57,650 nt of DNA from an uncultured Candidatus Saccharibacteria bacterium (GCA_964464735.1 CAYXKF010000005.1:1-57650); one strand, 5' to 3'. Numbered from the stretch's first letter, positions 35,750 to 46,008 are shown. Numbers and translations are program-made. Notes: generated from the letters alone by a model not told the origin.

Positions 35750-35776
35750 AAAATGCCCCTATAAAAGGAGCATTTT
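35750..35776. terminator. hairpin between convergent genes (one mismatch)
   Basis: AAAATGCCCCT-ATAAA-AGGAGCATTTTT. Confidence 0.5.
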
Positions 35777-35783
35777 TGTTTTG

Positions 35784-36026
35784 TTAAAAATTGTTGTAAT
35801 TGGCACCATGAACGCCATTTGGATCAACAGGTTTATCTACTACAGTTGCGACACTTTGTGGCCACCATACTTTATTTATATCCGCATGATGCCGCTTGCC
35901 GCAGCTGCAATCAACTGACATTACTCTGTCTGAATGCGAATGTGTGTATATTTTAACAACTTCGTGGCCTTTTGGCGCAGTTTCATTAAACTTTTGTGTC
36001 AAAATAAGATGATTAGTCTTGTTCAT
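35784..36026 (-). CDS. hypothetical His/Cys-containing small protein
   Basis: 80 aa with HSHSDRVMSVDCSCGKRHH. No family recognised. Confidence 0.45.
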   Translation of the reverse strand: MNKTNHLILTQKFNETAPKGHEVVKIYTHSHSDRVMSVDCSCGKRHHADINKVWWPQSVATVVDKPVDPNGVHGANYNNF

Positions 36027-36082
36027 AATTTTTGTTTTAAGTTTTAAAAAAGTTTTTTATATAAGCAGTATTTCAAAGAACG

Positions 36083-36117
36083 AAAAAGCCCTTCACTGAC
36101 AAGGTGAAGGGCTTTTT
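36083..36117. terminator. strong rho-independent terminator closing the AT-rich island
   Basis: AAAAAGCCCTTCAC-TGACAAG-GTGAAGGGCTTTTT forms an 11-bp GC-rich stem with A/T runs on both sides. Confidence 0.8.
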
Positions 36118-36137
36118 ACTGGTTCCTTTTTGTAACG

Positions 36138-36239
36138 CTAGAAGTTAGATACAGAAAACAGCCCTCCACCATATGTGAAGGCAAAAAAGAATGCAGCTGC
36201 TGCATGTGAAATCTTTTTTGTTTGGGCGTTCCTATTCAT
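36138..36239 (-). CDS. 33-codon mini-ORF encoding a basic-then-hydrophobic peptide (speculative)
   Basis: My translation is MNRNAQTKKISHAAAAFFFAFTYGGGLFSVSNF*. It lies 63 nt after the 259-aa gene and 20 nt before the terminator, and is too short for the ORF track. Confidence 0.3.
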   Translation of the reverse strand: MNRNAQTKKISHAAAAFFFAFTYGGGLFSVSNF

Positions 36240-36302
36240 ACTTTTTTACTGTAACATTTTAAAAATATAATGCAAAATTGCAATTAATAAGATCTACGTA
36301 CA

Positions 36303-37082
36303 TTAATTAATAGTAGAATCTTCAAATAGATTACCTCCTCTAATAATATATTCCGCGAGTTTATTTCCGAAATCTGTCAACCGCGAGCCATTATATGACT
36401 GAAAATCATTTCCTCTTCCGTCAAGAGCAAATTGATTATGGTTTCTAGGTACAATTAATCGCAAGTCTTCTAAGTTGCTTTGCCTAGATTCAACATATTC
36501 CGGTAAAGAATATCCACAAGCTTTCGCCACCATTCTTGCCCAAACACTGGAGAAATTAGTGTTTAAACTTCCGTTTGCAATACTTTGTATTTCTTGCATT
36601 TTATCTCGAGAATAAAGTCCATTTTTAATCCGATAAGTAGCTAAAAGTATGGCAACTTCCGGTCCATTTAACTTACGTGCAGTTTCAAGCAAAATATAAA
36701 TCTCAGCAACTTCTTCATTTGCAGTGTTCTCTGCAAAAGTAAGAAGATGTAAGTTTCTTAATGCTTCCACAAACTCGTCATCAAGCACTGGTGAATTGTG
36801 TAAAAACTTTAAAGTTTCATAAAGTTTCCTATGGGGCAGGACGCATTCGGATTTTCTCAAAGCATCTTTTGATTTAAGAAATTCCTGTATTTCTAGACCC
36901 ATTTTTGCAATAACTTGAGAAGTAAAAAGTGCCCCCGCGGCAAACAAATGACTGACAGGTTCGTAAGCAAATGGAATAGTAGCCACATATGAACTAAGTA
37001 GTTTTGAAGCAAGCTCAGCAGCATCATTAGTTGAGAAATCCAATTTTACTAAATTTTTATCCTTTTTCATAATTTGCCGCAA
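36303..37082 (-). CDS. unknown 259-aa protein overlapping the upstream DUF4263-type nuclease gene
   Basis: It overlaps the nuclease gene by 26 nt (14 nt from the M5 start) and has the same very low GC. No catalytic motif was recognised. There is only a loose resemblance to Abi-alpha/DUF4393-type helical proteins (DDEFVEALRNLHLLTFAEN...LNGPEVAILLATY). Confidence 0.65.
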   Translation of the reverse strand: MRQIMKKDKNLVKLDFSTNDAAELASKLLSSYVATIPFAYEPVSHLFAAGALFTSQVIAKMGLEIQEFLKSKDALRKSECVLPHRKLYETLKFLHNSPVLDDEFVEALRNLHLLTFAENTANEEVAEIYILLETARKLNGPEVAILLATYRIKNGLYSRDKMQEIQSIANGSLNTNFSSVWARMVAKACGYSLPEYVESRQSNLEDLRLIVPRNHNQFALDGRGNDFQSYNGSRLTDFGNKLAEYIIRGGNLFEDSTIN

Positions 37083-38475
37083 TATTATCCGAATACCTTT
37101 CCGCCATGTTCAGTATTTCATCAAAAGTTAATACTTGTATATTTTGAATACTATTTCTAAGCTTTGTAAAATCTCTTTCAAGCCTGTCTTTATCAATTTC
37201 TCTCCTTCCTTTAAATATTTTTTCTTTTGAAGAAATTACAATAATACCCCGGGGATGATATAAATTTTGCTTTCCGTATGTATTTCTTATAATTTCTTTT
37301 TTATCCTGCACATTTTTAAATCTCTCCCTCGAAATACTCTCCATATAATTAATTATCTGAATAACCGCTTTACTCATTTCTGAGGAAAATGCAAAATTTT
37401 TATGAGAGTTATCCCAAACTAAAATATCTTTTAGGTGAGTTTTTATTTCAATTACATCAACTCCTCCATAATGATTAATCCCGATAAAATCTGGTTTATT
37501 TTCAACATCTTGAAAATCACTTAATTCAACCTTTGGAATGATTTTTCTATAGGAAAAGATCAAATACAAAAGATACTCTTCAAAGTATTTTTGCCACAAT
37601 GTTTCTAATTGAGAAATGGACTCTCCTGGAGCAACTTTTTTTGCTATTTTTTGAGCTTTTGGCGTTTTTATTTCTTCCGATTTTAACAGCAAAATCTGCT
37701 TACCAATTTTTATTATTCTTTCTAAATTTTCCTTAATAAAATATGCATCGAGTTTTCTAAGATATTCTTTTGGAAAAACTTCCTTTTTAATCATTCGATC
37801 AAACATTTCTCCAAGGGCAGCTAGATCCTCAATATTCAAATATTTATTAAAATCACTTTTATCTTTCTTTGTTGATAAATTAAATCGATCCAAAAGAAAT
37901 TTAAAATCACCTGCTGTAGTGGTGGTAGTTGGTTTAATTTTTATATTAAGAAAATCAAAAATTGAGTTATTTATTAGATATCTCTGTAAAGCATCCTTAG
38001 AACTTTTACCTTGTGATTCAATATTTTCTGTTCTTTTTTTTACTTCCAAATATTCATTAAAAGAAATTTGTAATACATTTTTTTGTTTCTTAATACCTTC
38101 ATATGTTTTTGATACTTTAATTTTTTCTATTCTTCTGTCACGAATTTGTAAAATCTTTTGAAATATTGAGTAATTATATGATATGCAGTAACCACCTCCT
38201 GATTGCCCGCCTGACCAAAATTCTAAAAGCTCTTGTGGTTTAATATCATTATCGAATTCTAAGTACTCGACACAAGACCTTGGGACAACATCGCGAGTAT
38301 CTCTATTATATAGAAAAAATTTAATGACGGATGTAGTAGTCTTTTCTTCAAAAACCACTTCGCCATCATATAAAATTATTTTATTCTTTTCATCTACAGC
38401 AAAGGTGCCTGCCCATGAAAGTTCTTTGAAAAACTCATATATGTTTTTCTCACTCGTATTTTCTTGAATTTCCAT
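37057..38475 (-). CDS. Shedu-type (SduA/DUF4263-like) PD-(D/E)xK nuclease with unrecognised N-terminal region
   Basis: The C-terminal ~180 aa read LWQKYFEEYLLYL...KPDFIGINHYGGVDVIEIKTHL...SKAVIQIINYMESI...HPRGIIVISSKE...NIQVLTFDEIL, collinear with the DUF4263 nuclease core (D...E.K). Start placed at ATG 38475 (MEIQEN) because the 38559 start lies inside the atpC terminator. Confidence 0.75.
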   Translation of the reverse strand: MEIQENTSEKNIYEFFKELSWAGTFAVDEKNKIILYDGEVVFEEKTTTSVIKFFLYNRDTRDVVPRSCVEYLEFDNDIKPQELLEFWSGGQSGGGYCISYNYSIFQKILQIRDRRIEKIKVSKTYEGIKKQKNVLQISFNEYLEVKKRTENIESQGKSSKDALQRYLINNSIFDFLNIKIKPTTTTTAGDFKFLLDRFNLSTKKDKSDFNKYLNIEDLAALGEMFDRMIKKEVFPKEYLRKLDAYFIKENLERIIKIGKQILLLKSEEIKTPKAQKIAKKVAPGESISQLETLWQKYFEEYLLYLIFSYRKIIPKVELSDFQDVENKPDFIGINHYGGVDVIEIKTHLKDILVWDNSHKNFAFSSEMSKAVIQIINYMESISRERFKNVQDKKEIIRNTYGKQNLYHPRGIIVISSKEKIFKGRREIDKDRLERDFTKLRNSIQNIQVLTFDEILNMAERYSDNIAANYEKG

Positions 38476-38534
38476 ACAACGTCGATTTAATGAAATATCT
38501 TTTATCAAACAAGACTCGTAAAATATATTATAAA

Positions 38535-38562
38535 GCAAAAAAATGCTATTATCTAGCATCTT
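38535..38562 (-). terminator. rho-independent terminator after atpC
   Basis: The minus strand reads GATGCTA-GATAA-TAGCAT followed by TTTTTTT. A TATAAT box (38532-38527) follows on the same strand. Confidence 0.6.
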
Positions 38563-38589
38563 TCTGCGTATCTTTATAAAGAATTTATC

Positions 38590-39015
38590 TTATGAATTCC
38601 GTCGTTTTCCTTTCCACTTACTATGACTCTTAATACGAGCCAATGATCGTTCTAATTCGGCACGCATGTATGCGTCGTCGGTAATGTTAAGTCTTTGTTC
38701 GGTAATTTCTTTAGCGCGCAATTCGGCAGCAGCAATGACTTCGTCGGTCTGCGAATCAACGTGTTCGGCAAAGTCGGCCAATAACGTTACTTGGTTTGGT
38801 TCTACCGTCAAAAGCCCGCTTACGACTGTAAACGGCTCTTCGGATCCGTCGGTTAGCTTTGCGACAACATCACCCGAAGCAACCACGCTGATAAGCGGGA
38901 TATGGTGCGGCAAGATGGTGATTTCGCCTGATTCGGTCGGAACCGACACCGAAGCTACCTGTGCGTCAAACAGGGCTTTTTCGGGAGTGATGATTCGAAA
39001 TGCGATGGTGTTCAT
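38590..39015 (-). CDS. atpC: F1 ATP synthase epsilon subunit
   Basis: 141 aa. I.TPEK..F...V..V.VP...GE..ILP.H.PL......G then a C-terminal helical hairpin. It is the last gene of the atp operon. Confidence 0.9.
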   Translation of the reverse strand: MNTIAFRIITPEKALFDAQVASVSVPTESGEITILPHHIPLISVVASGDVVAKLTDGSEEPFTVVSGLLTVEPNQVTLLADFAEHVDSQTDEVIAAAELRAKEITEQRLNITDDAYMRAELERSLARIKSHSKWKGKRRNS

Positions 39016-39020
39016 ATAAT

Positions 39021-39674
39021 TTATCCGGCTAGCTTTTCAGGCTCGTATCCGTATTCTACTACTAATCGATCAAAAATATCTTTAAACAAAGGCATGACTT
39101 TTTCCATGTCGGCAGTAGCTTGCTTGTTTAATTCGTCACCCTGCTGGCGAAGATTTTGATCGTTTTTTGAAAGCATTATAAAGTTTGGTCGGTTTTCTAC
39201 CTGAATAGTACGCACAAACCCATACCAGTACAACTGCGCAAGCTGTTCCTCTGAAAGCTTTAACTCTTTAAAATCTTTTGGCAACACCACATCCATCCGG
39301 GAATTATATTCGTGGTTCGTATGAGTAAAAGCAGCACGAAAATTATTGATGTATCCACCGTCAGGCTGCGCTTGTTGCCATTCTTTTAAACGATCAACAA
39401 ATTGTGCCTGGCGCGAAACGGTATCAGCCTTTACGATATTTTCAGAACGCCACACCTTGTCGATAAATACCGTAAGGCGCTTTGCAAGTTCTTTGCGCAA
39501 AAAGCTATTTTGGTCAAACGCTTTTTTATTTTCGTTAATTTGCTTAAGTACACGAAGGTATTGTTCGGGATCAAATTCATAACCGCGGCCAATAACTTCA
39601 TCAACCAAAGCAAGCACTTTTTCTGCTTCAATTTCTTGCGGATTTTTGAATTTTGGACCGCTATCTAATGACAT
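39021..39674 (-). CDS. hypothetical soluble protein embedded between atpD and atpC
   Basis: 217-aa ORF with 6-nt and 5-nt gaps to atpD and atpC and host-like composition. No TM segment and no family recognised. Confidence 0.65.
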   Translation of the reverse strand: MSLDSGPKFKNPQEIEAEKVLALVDEVIGRGYEFDPEQYLRVLKQINENKKAFDQNSFLRKELAKRLTVFIDKVWRSENIVKADTVSRQAQFVDRLKEWQQAQPDGGYINNFRAAFTHTNHEYNSRMDVVLPKDFKELKLSEEQLAQLYWYGFVRTIQVENRPNFIMLSKNDQNLRQQGDELNKQATADMEKVMPLFKDIFDRLVVEYGYEPEKLAG

Positions 39675-39680
39675 AGGTAT

Positions 39681-41087
<1,407 letters not shown>

Positions 41088-41978
41088 TTACGACTGGTTT
41101 GATAATTGTCCTGCTGATATTTCGGCGATTTCGCGGGTAATGCCTGCCTGGCGCGCTTTGTTAAATTCAAGGGTCAGGCCACTAACCATATCATCTGCGG
41201 CATCCTTAGCGTTTCGCATGGCGACCATGCGGGCACTATGTTCGGATGCGCGTGATTCTTGCAGATACTGGTAAACCAAAGCGCTCATGTACCGACGGGT
41301 CAAAATATCTAATACACGCTTTGGATCTGGTTCGATAACGTACTCGATATCTGACGGTACATATTCTTCTGACATTTCAACTTGATCAAACTGTACCGGC
41401 AACAATGTGTGCATGCGCACTTCTTGAAGAAGTGGAGTCTTGAATTCGGTAAAGAACATACGCACTTTGCCGTACTGGCCGCTTTCGAACGATTGTTCGA
41501 TGTATTTGATAAGCGGCTGAAGTGAACGAACCGTAACCGTTTCAGGAAGATCATGAAACGATGCAACGATCTTTCCATTTAATCGTTTTACCAACAGGTC
41601 TGCCTTTTTTCCAACGGTCACAAACGAATGATGGTTGCCAGTGCCGAGGCTTCGCATGTAGCGCCCTAGTTCACGGCCGATTTGAGTATTGTACGAACCG
41701 CATAATCCGCGGTTCGAGGCAACAACCACGATCAATGTCCCCTCGCCTAGAGCATGCTTAGTTAATTAGCCAACAGTATCTTCTTCAACAGGCTGAGTAG
41801 TAGTTTTTGCAATAATCGGCGCAATGGCGCGGAGTGTTTTAGTGTATGGACGCGAAATAACCGCACCATCAATGGCGCGCTTCATTTTTGAAGCCGAAAC
41901 AAGCTCCATAGCACCCGTGATTTTTTTGGTGCTTTTTGTTGATTTTATTCGTCGTTTAATTTCGCGTGTGTTTGCCAT
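41088..41978 (-). CDS. atpG: F1 ATP synthase gamma subunit, interrupted by one in-frame TAA (41766-41768)
   Basis: N-terminal piece [32 protein letters not shown] and C-terminal piece ..[15 protein letters not shown]...[14 protein letters not shown]...[16 protein letters not shown]. My reading shows both pieces are in the same frame: GGC TAA TTA ACT AAG. Confidence 0.85.
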
Positions 41979-42016
41979 AATGACAGAGTAATAGAGTTCG
42001 TAGAGCTCTTAGAGAC

Positions 42017-43522
42017 CTAGCTCGTGAACTGCTTTTCGCACTCTGAAAGAAGTTCGCGCACTTTTGCCTCTGAACCTTCTGACCACATGCCCTTAGCGCG
42101 GATATCTTCGTAAAATTCAGGCGCATTGGTTTCGACATACGACGTAATGTAGCTTTCGTATTCACCCATGCGGTTTACCGGAATAGAATCAGCATATCCT
42201 TGCGCAAGTGCAAACAATGTCAGTGCCTGCTTTTCGGCTGGTACTGGCGCATACTGCTTTTGCTTTAGCAGCTCTACCGCACGGCGTCCTCGTTCAAGTT
42301 GTTTTAGTGTTGCTTCATCCAAGTCTGAACCGAATTGTGAAAACGCTTCGAGTTCACGAAACTGTGCTAGGTCAAGTTTTAGGGTACCGGCTACTTTTTT
42401 CATTGCTTTGATTTGCGCCGATGAACCCACACGTGATACCGAGAATCCGACGTTAATAGCCGGACGCACGCCCTTGTAAAACAAGTCAGTTTCCAAGAAG
42501 ATCTGCCCGTCAGTAATCGAAATAACGTTTGTCGGGATGTATGCCGAAATGTCGCCGGCTTGGGTTTCGATAATCGGAAGTGCCGTGATTGATCCCCCGC
42601 CAAAGTCTTCGTTCAGGCGGCACGCGCGTTCAAGAAGTCGCGAATGCAAATAAAATACGTCACCCGGATACGCTTCACGACCCGGTGGACGGCGAAGAAG
42701 CAATGAAATTTCGCGGTAACTGGTTGCATGCTTTGAAAGGTCATCGTAAATGATCAAGACATCTTTTCCTTGTTCCAAAAAGAATTCGGCAATAGCAACG
42801 CCCGAATATGGCGCAATATAGTTCATCGAAGCCGGGTCTGATGCCGACGCCGACACGATGACGGTGTATTTCATCGCTTCGGCTTCACGCAATCGGGTTT
42901 CAAGCGCGCGCAATTTTGATTCTTTTTGACCGATCGAAACGTACACGCAGATCATGTTCTGCCCTTTTTGATTGATGATGGTGTCGATCGCAATTGCCGT
43001 TTTACCGGTTTGGCGATCCCCAATGATAAGCTCGCGCTGTCCTCGGCCGACTGGTACCAGTGCGTCAATCGCTTTAATACCAGTTTGAAGCGGCTGGCTT
43101 ACTGACTTTCGGGTGATAACACCCGGAGCAACACGTTCGACAAGCATCATCTTTTCTGCGGTAATTGGCGCGCCTCCGTCGATCGGAGTTCCCAATGCGT
43201 CAACGACACGGCCAAGCATCGAATTGCTTGCAGGAACTTCAAGAATGCGGCCGGTAGATTTTACTGTGTCACCTTCTTTGATGTGTGCGGTCGAACCGAA
43301 CACGATGATACCCACGGTTTCGCGCTCAAGGTTTAGCGCAATGCCGCGAGTCCCATCCTGAAATTCCACGATTTCAGAAGACCGTACCTGCGACAGACCC
43401 GACACCTGGACGATACCATCGTACACCTTTTGCACGACACCGACATGCTCGCCCGCGCCATCATAAGCAAAGCGTGCAAGTTCTTTTTCGAATTGTTGAA
43501 AAACTGATTGTGTATTGTCCAT
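42017..43522 (-). CDS. atpA: F1 ATP synthase alpha subunit
   Basis: 501 aa with Walker [18 protein letters not shown] and [20 protein letters not shown]. Confidence 0.97.
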   Translation of the reverse strand: MDNTQSVFQQFEKELARFAYDGAGEHVGVVQKVYDGIVQVSGLSQVRSSEIVEFQDGTRGIALNLERETVGIIVFGSTAHIKEGDTVKSTGRILEVPASNSMLGRVVDALGTPIDGGAPITAEKMMLVERVAPGVITRKSVSQPLQTGIKAIDALVPVGRGQRELIIGDRQTGKTAIAIDTIINQKGQNMICVYVSIGQKESKLRALETRLREAEAMKYTVIVSASASDPASMNYIAPYSGVAIAEFFLEQGKDVLIIYDDLSKHATSYREISLLLRRPPGREAYPGDVFYLHSRLLERACRLNEDFGGGSITALPIIETQAGDISAYIPTNVISITDGQIFLETDLFYKGVRPAINVGFSVSRVGSSAQIKAMKKVAGTLKLDLAQFRELEAFSQFGSDLDEATLKQLERGRRAVELLKQKQYAPVPAEKQALTLFALAQGYADSIPVNRMGEYESYITSYVETNAPEFYEDIRAKGMWSEGSEAKVRELLSECEKQFTS

Positions 43523-43533
43523 AAATTAAGTGA

Positions 43534-43908
43534 TTAACGGGTCTGTTCTAATAATTGTTGCATTTCTGATAATACTGATTCGGCCGAGCGGTCGTACAGC
43601 GTATCGCCAACACGAAGTTTCGCGCCCGCGACCACATGCGAATCCGCATGAACCAGATTCGTTCCGACAAGTTCCTGTACCGGCTTGGTAACATTTTGGG
43701 TTACCCGGTATTCGGCGCGCTGCATATCGTGTTTGACCACTAATGCATGCAGCGCTTTCTCAACCTGATGCGAGTCGCCTTTAATCATATCGGCAATCGC
43801 GCGCGCGGCTGCTTTGGTAAGCAAACGCTCTTCATGAAGCGTCTTTGCCCGCGCAATAAAAGTAAGGGCAAGGTCTAGGTACTGTTCAAGTTTTGCTTGA
43901 TTTCCCAT
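43534..43908 (-). CDS. atpH: F1 ATP synthase delta (OSCP) subunit, short form
   Basis: Position is between atpF and atpA. The C-terminus VVAGAKLRVGDTLYDRS matches the delta C-terminal domain. At only ~125 aa from ATG 43908, the N-terminal domain is reduced. Confidence 0.7.
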   Translation of the reverse strand: MGNQAKLEQYLDLALTFIARAKTLHEERLLTKAAARAIADMIKGDSHQVEKALHALVVKHDMQRAEYRVTQNVTKPVQELVGTNLVHADSHVVAGAKLRVGDTLYDRSAESVLSEMQQLLEQTR

Positions 43909-43912
43909 ATGA

Positions 43913-44416
43913 CTACATGTCCTTCTCGATCTTTTTGATTGCCGACTTTGCAATCTCGGATTGTTCTTCTACTCCCAATTCTTGGAACGTCTTTCGCGCA
44001 AGACTTACCGCAAGGCCGATGATCGTCTTTCGGGAATCGGCAATGACGGCATCTTTTTTCGCCTGTGCTTCGGTTTCAGCCAAAGCGATGATAGCGGCGC
44101 CTTTTTCATCGGCTTCTTTTTTAGCCGATGCGATCTTTTTTGACGCGTCTTCACGGGCCGATGACACAATGTCTTCGGCTTCGGTGCGCGCAAGCTTCAA
44201 AATTTCAGCTTTTTCCTCTTGCGCCTGTTCGCGGATGATCTGCGTCTTTTCGGCGTTTGCCACACCTTCGGCAATCGTCTTTGAGCGTTCGTCCATCAGT
44301 ACGGCAACTTTACGTAAGCCAAACCAATAAAGCACGCCAAACACAATACCGAAGTTCACAAACTGCGCGACGATCAGTTTCCAGTCGATATGGAAGATTT
44401 TGATAATGTCTTCCAT
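43913..44416 (-). CDS. atpF: Fo ATP synthase b subunit
   Basis: 167 aa with a single N-terminal TM (LIVAQFVNFGIVFGVLYWF) and a long A/E/K-rich helix. Confidence 0.88.
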   Translation of the reverse strand: MEDIIKIFHIDWKLIVAQFVNFGIVFGVLYWFGLRKVAVLMDERSKTIAEGVANAEKTQIIREQAQEEKAEILKLARTEAEDIVSSAREDASKKIASAKKEADEKGAAIIALAETEAQAKKDAVIADSRKTIIGLAVSLARKTFQELGVEEQSEIAKSAIKKIEKDM

Positions 44417-44423
44417 ATATCAA

Positions 44424-44648
<225 letters not shown>

Positions 44649-44760
44649 CTAACCAATAATAAGGTAAAGAGTTGACTGCTCTTTGTTGACCTTTCTTTCT
44701 GCTATGAACACTTTTCATTTCATACCAGATTCGACGGGTCAACACGCAAGGTGTAGCCGT

Positions 44761-45696
44761 CTAGTGCGCGTGTGCCTCGTGATGCTCGTCTTCGTGATCG
44801 TGCATCTGCGCTGCAAGCGTAAAGTATACAACCGTTAGGGTCGAGAAAATAAACGCCTGAATGACGCCTACCATTACTTCAAGAAACAAAAACGGGATTG
44901 GAATCGCAAACGCAAGAAGTGCCGCCATCGAAGCAAGTAATACCTCCCCGGCAAAGATGTTTCCAAACAATCGAAATGACAGCGATGCCACTTTTGCTAT
45001 CTCGCCAATGATTTCAAGTACGCCCACAAAAAACGTAATTGGAGCTACGACAATCTGTGCAGGGTCTTTACGGAAGTTTTTTACCATATTTTTCAACGCC
45101 CCTAGGTTTATGTACTTATTAAGTACGTTGAACGTACCGATCATGATCATGCCAAAAATATTTGATGCAACAACGGTAAACAATGCCAATGCAAGCGTAG
45201 TATTAATATCGGCAGTGCCGCCACGAAGATATGGAATAAGCGTTTGGTGACCGTCGTGTATTGCAACCATACCAATTGAGCCGACGCCCGGCAGCAACCC
45301 AAACCAGTTATTGAACATGATAAACAAAAACAATGTGATCGCGATCGGTGCGATTTTTTTCGAAAGGTTGTGGTCGTTGGTGATCTGGTCGCACAAGTTG
45401 CTGATTTGTTCGATGATCACTTCGAAAAAAGTCTGAAGCTTGCCAGGAACTTGCTTTAACGAAGCACGGATTGCAATACCCAATCCCGCCAGGATAAGCA
45501 TCACAATTGCGCTTGCCAACAGCGAGTTCGTAACCGAAAACGATCCAATATGAAAAATGGTATCAGGGGCAACAGTTGGAATGTGCGGCTGTAAATGAAG
45601 CGCTTCACCGTGCGCAACATCAGTCGATGCAACCGCCGCGTGAGGTTCGGCAGTTTCGTGAAGCGTTTGAGTTGTCGTGTGTGTCGATGTTGCCAT
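44761..45696 (-). CDS. atpB: Fo ATP synthase a subunit (N-terminal extension, His/Glu-rich C-terminal tail)
   Basis: 311 aa. The conserved stator Arg region is LSFRLFGNIFAGE. The tail is MHDHEDEHHEAHAH. Confidence 0.92.
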   Translation of the reverse strand: MATSTHTTTQTLHETAEPHAAVASTDVAHGEALHLQPHIPTVAPDTIFHIGSFSVTNSLLASAIVMLILAGLGIAIRASLKQVPGKLQTFFEVIIEQISNLCDQITNDHNLSKKIAPIAITLFLFIMFNNWFGLLPGVGSIGMVAIHDGHQTLIPYLRGGTADINTTLALALFTVVASNIFGMIMIGTFNVLNKYINLGALKNMVKNFRKDPAQIVVAPITFFVGVLEIIGEIAKVASLSFRLFGNIFAGEVLLASMAALLAFAIPIPFLFLEVMVGVIQAFIFSTLTVVYFTLAAQMHDHEDEHHEAHAH

Positions 45697-45709
45697 ATGA
45701 ATTCGTTAA

Positions 45710-45940
45710 TTAGATGTCGTGGTGGTTGATAAGCTCGATTGATTCGCGATAAATCCCGTAAAAAGACACAATCATGGCAACTAAGGCAGCTGCCAATACT
45801 ATATAAATATGCGCCTTCGAATTTTTGCTTAACAGATGGGCGGCTACGATCGCAATCGCAGGAACCGTGATCCATGCAGATGCCTTAGCGAAGAAAACCA
45901 TTGCTATATGAAGCGTTTTTTTCTTTGGACCTTCCTCCAT
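45710..45940 (-). CDS. AtpZ/AtpI-like small membrane protein preceding atpB
   Basis: From ATG 45940: MEEGPKKKTLHIAMVFFAKASAWITVPAIAIVAA... with two TM segments. The longer track ORF would run through the divergent promoter at 46009-46037. Confidence 0.6.
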   Translation of the reverse strand: MEEGPKKKTLHIAMVFFAKASAWITVPAIAIVAAHLLSKNSKAHIYIVLAAALVAMIVSFYGIYRESIELINHHDI

Positions 45941-46008
45941 AAAGGCGCGCAGATTATAGCAGCTTTTATCGTGAATTTCAAATGAAATCTTTACAAAATA
46001 ACCAATGT

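Noticed and set aside
38476-38559. Longer start (ATG 38559) for the Shedu-type nuclease gene.
   Set aside because: That start codon lies inside the atpC terminator hairpin and upstream of the island's TATAAT box. ATG 38475 is more plausible.
41956-42165. 69-aa ORF spanning the atpA-atpG junction.
   Set aside because: It is out of frame and overlaps the well-supported atpA C-terminus and the atpG start. No independent support exists.
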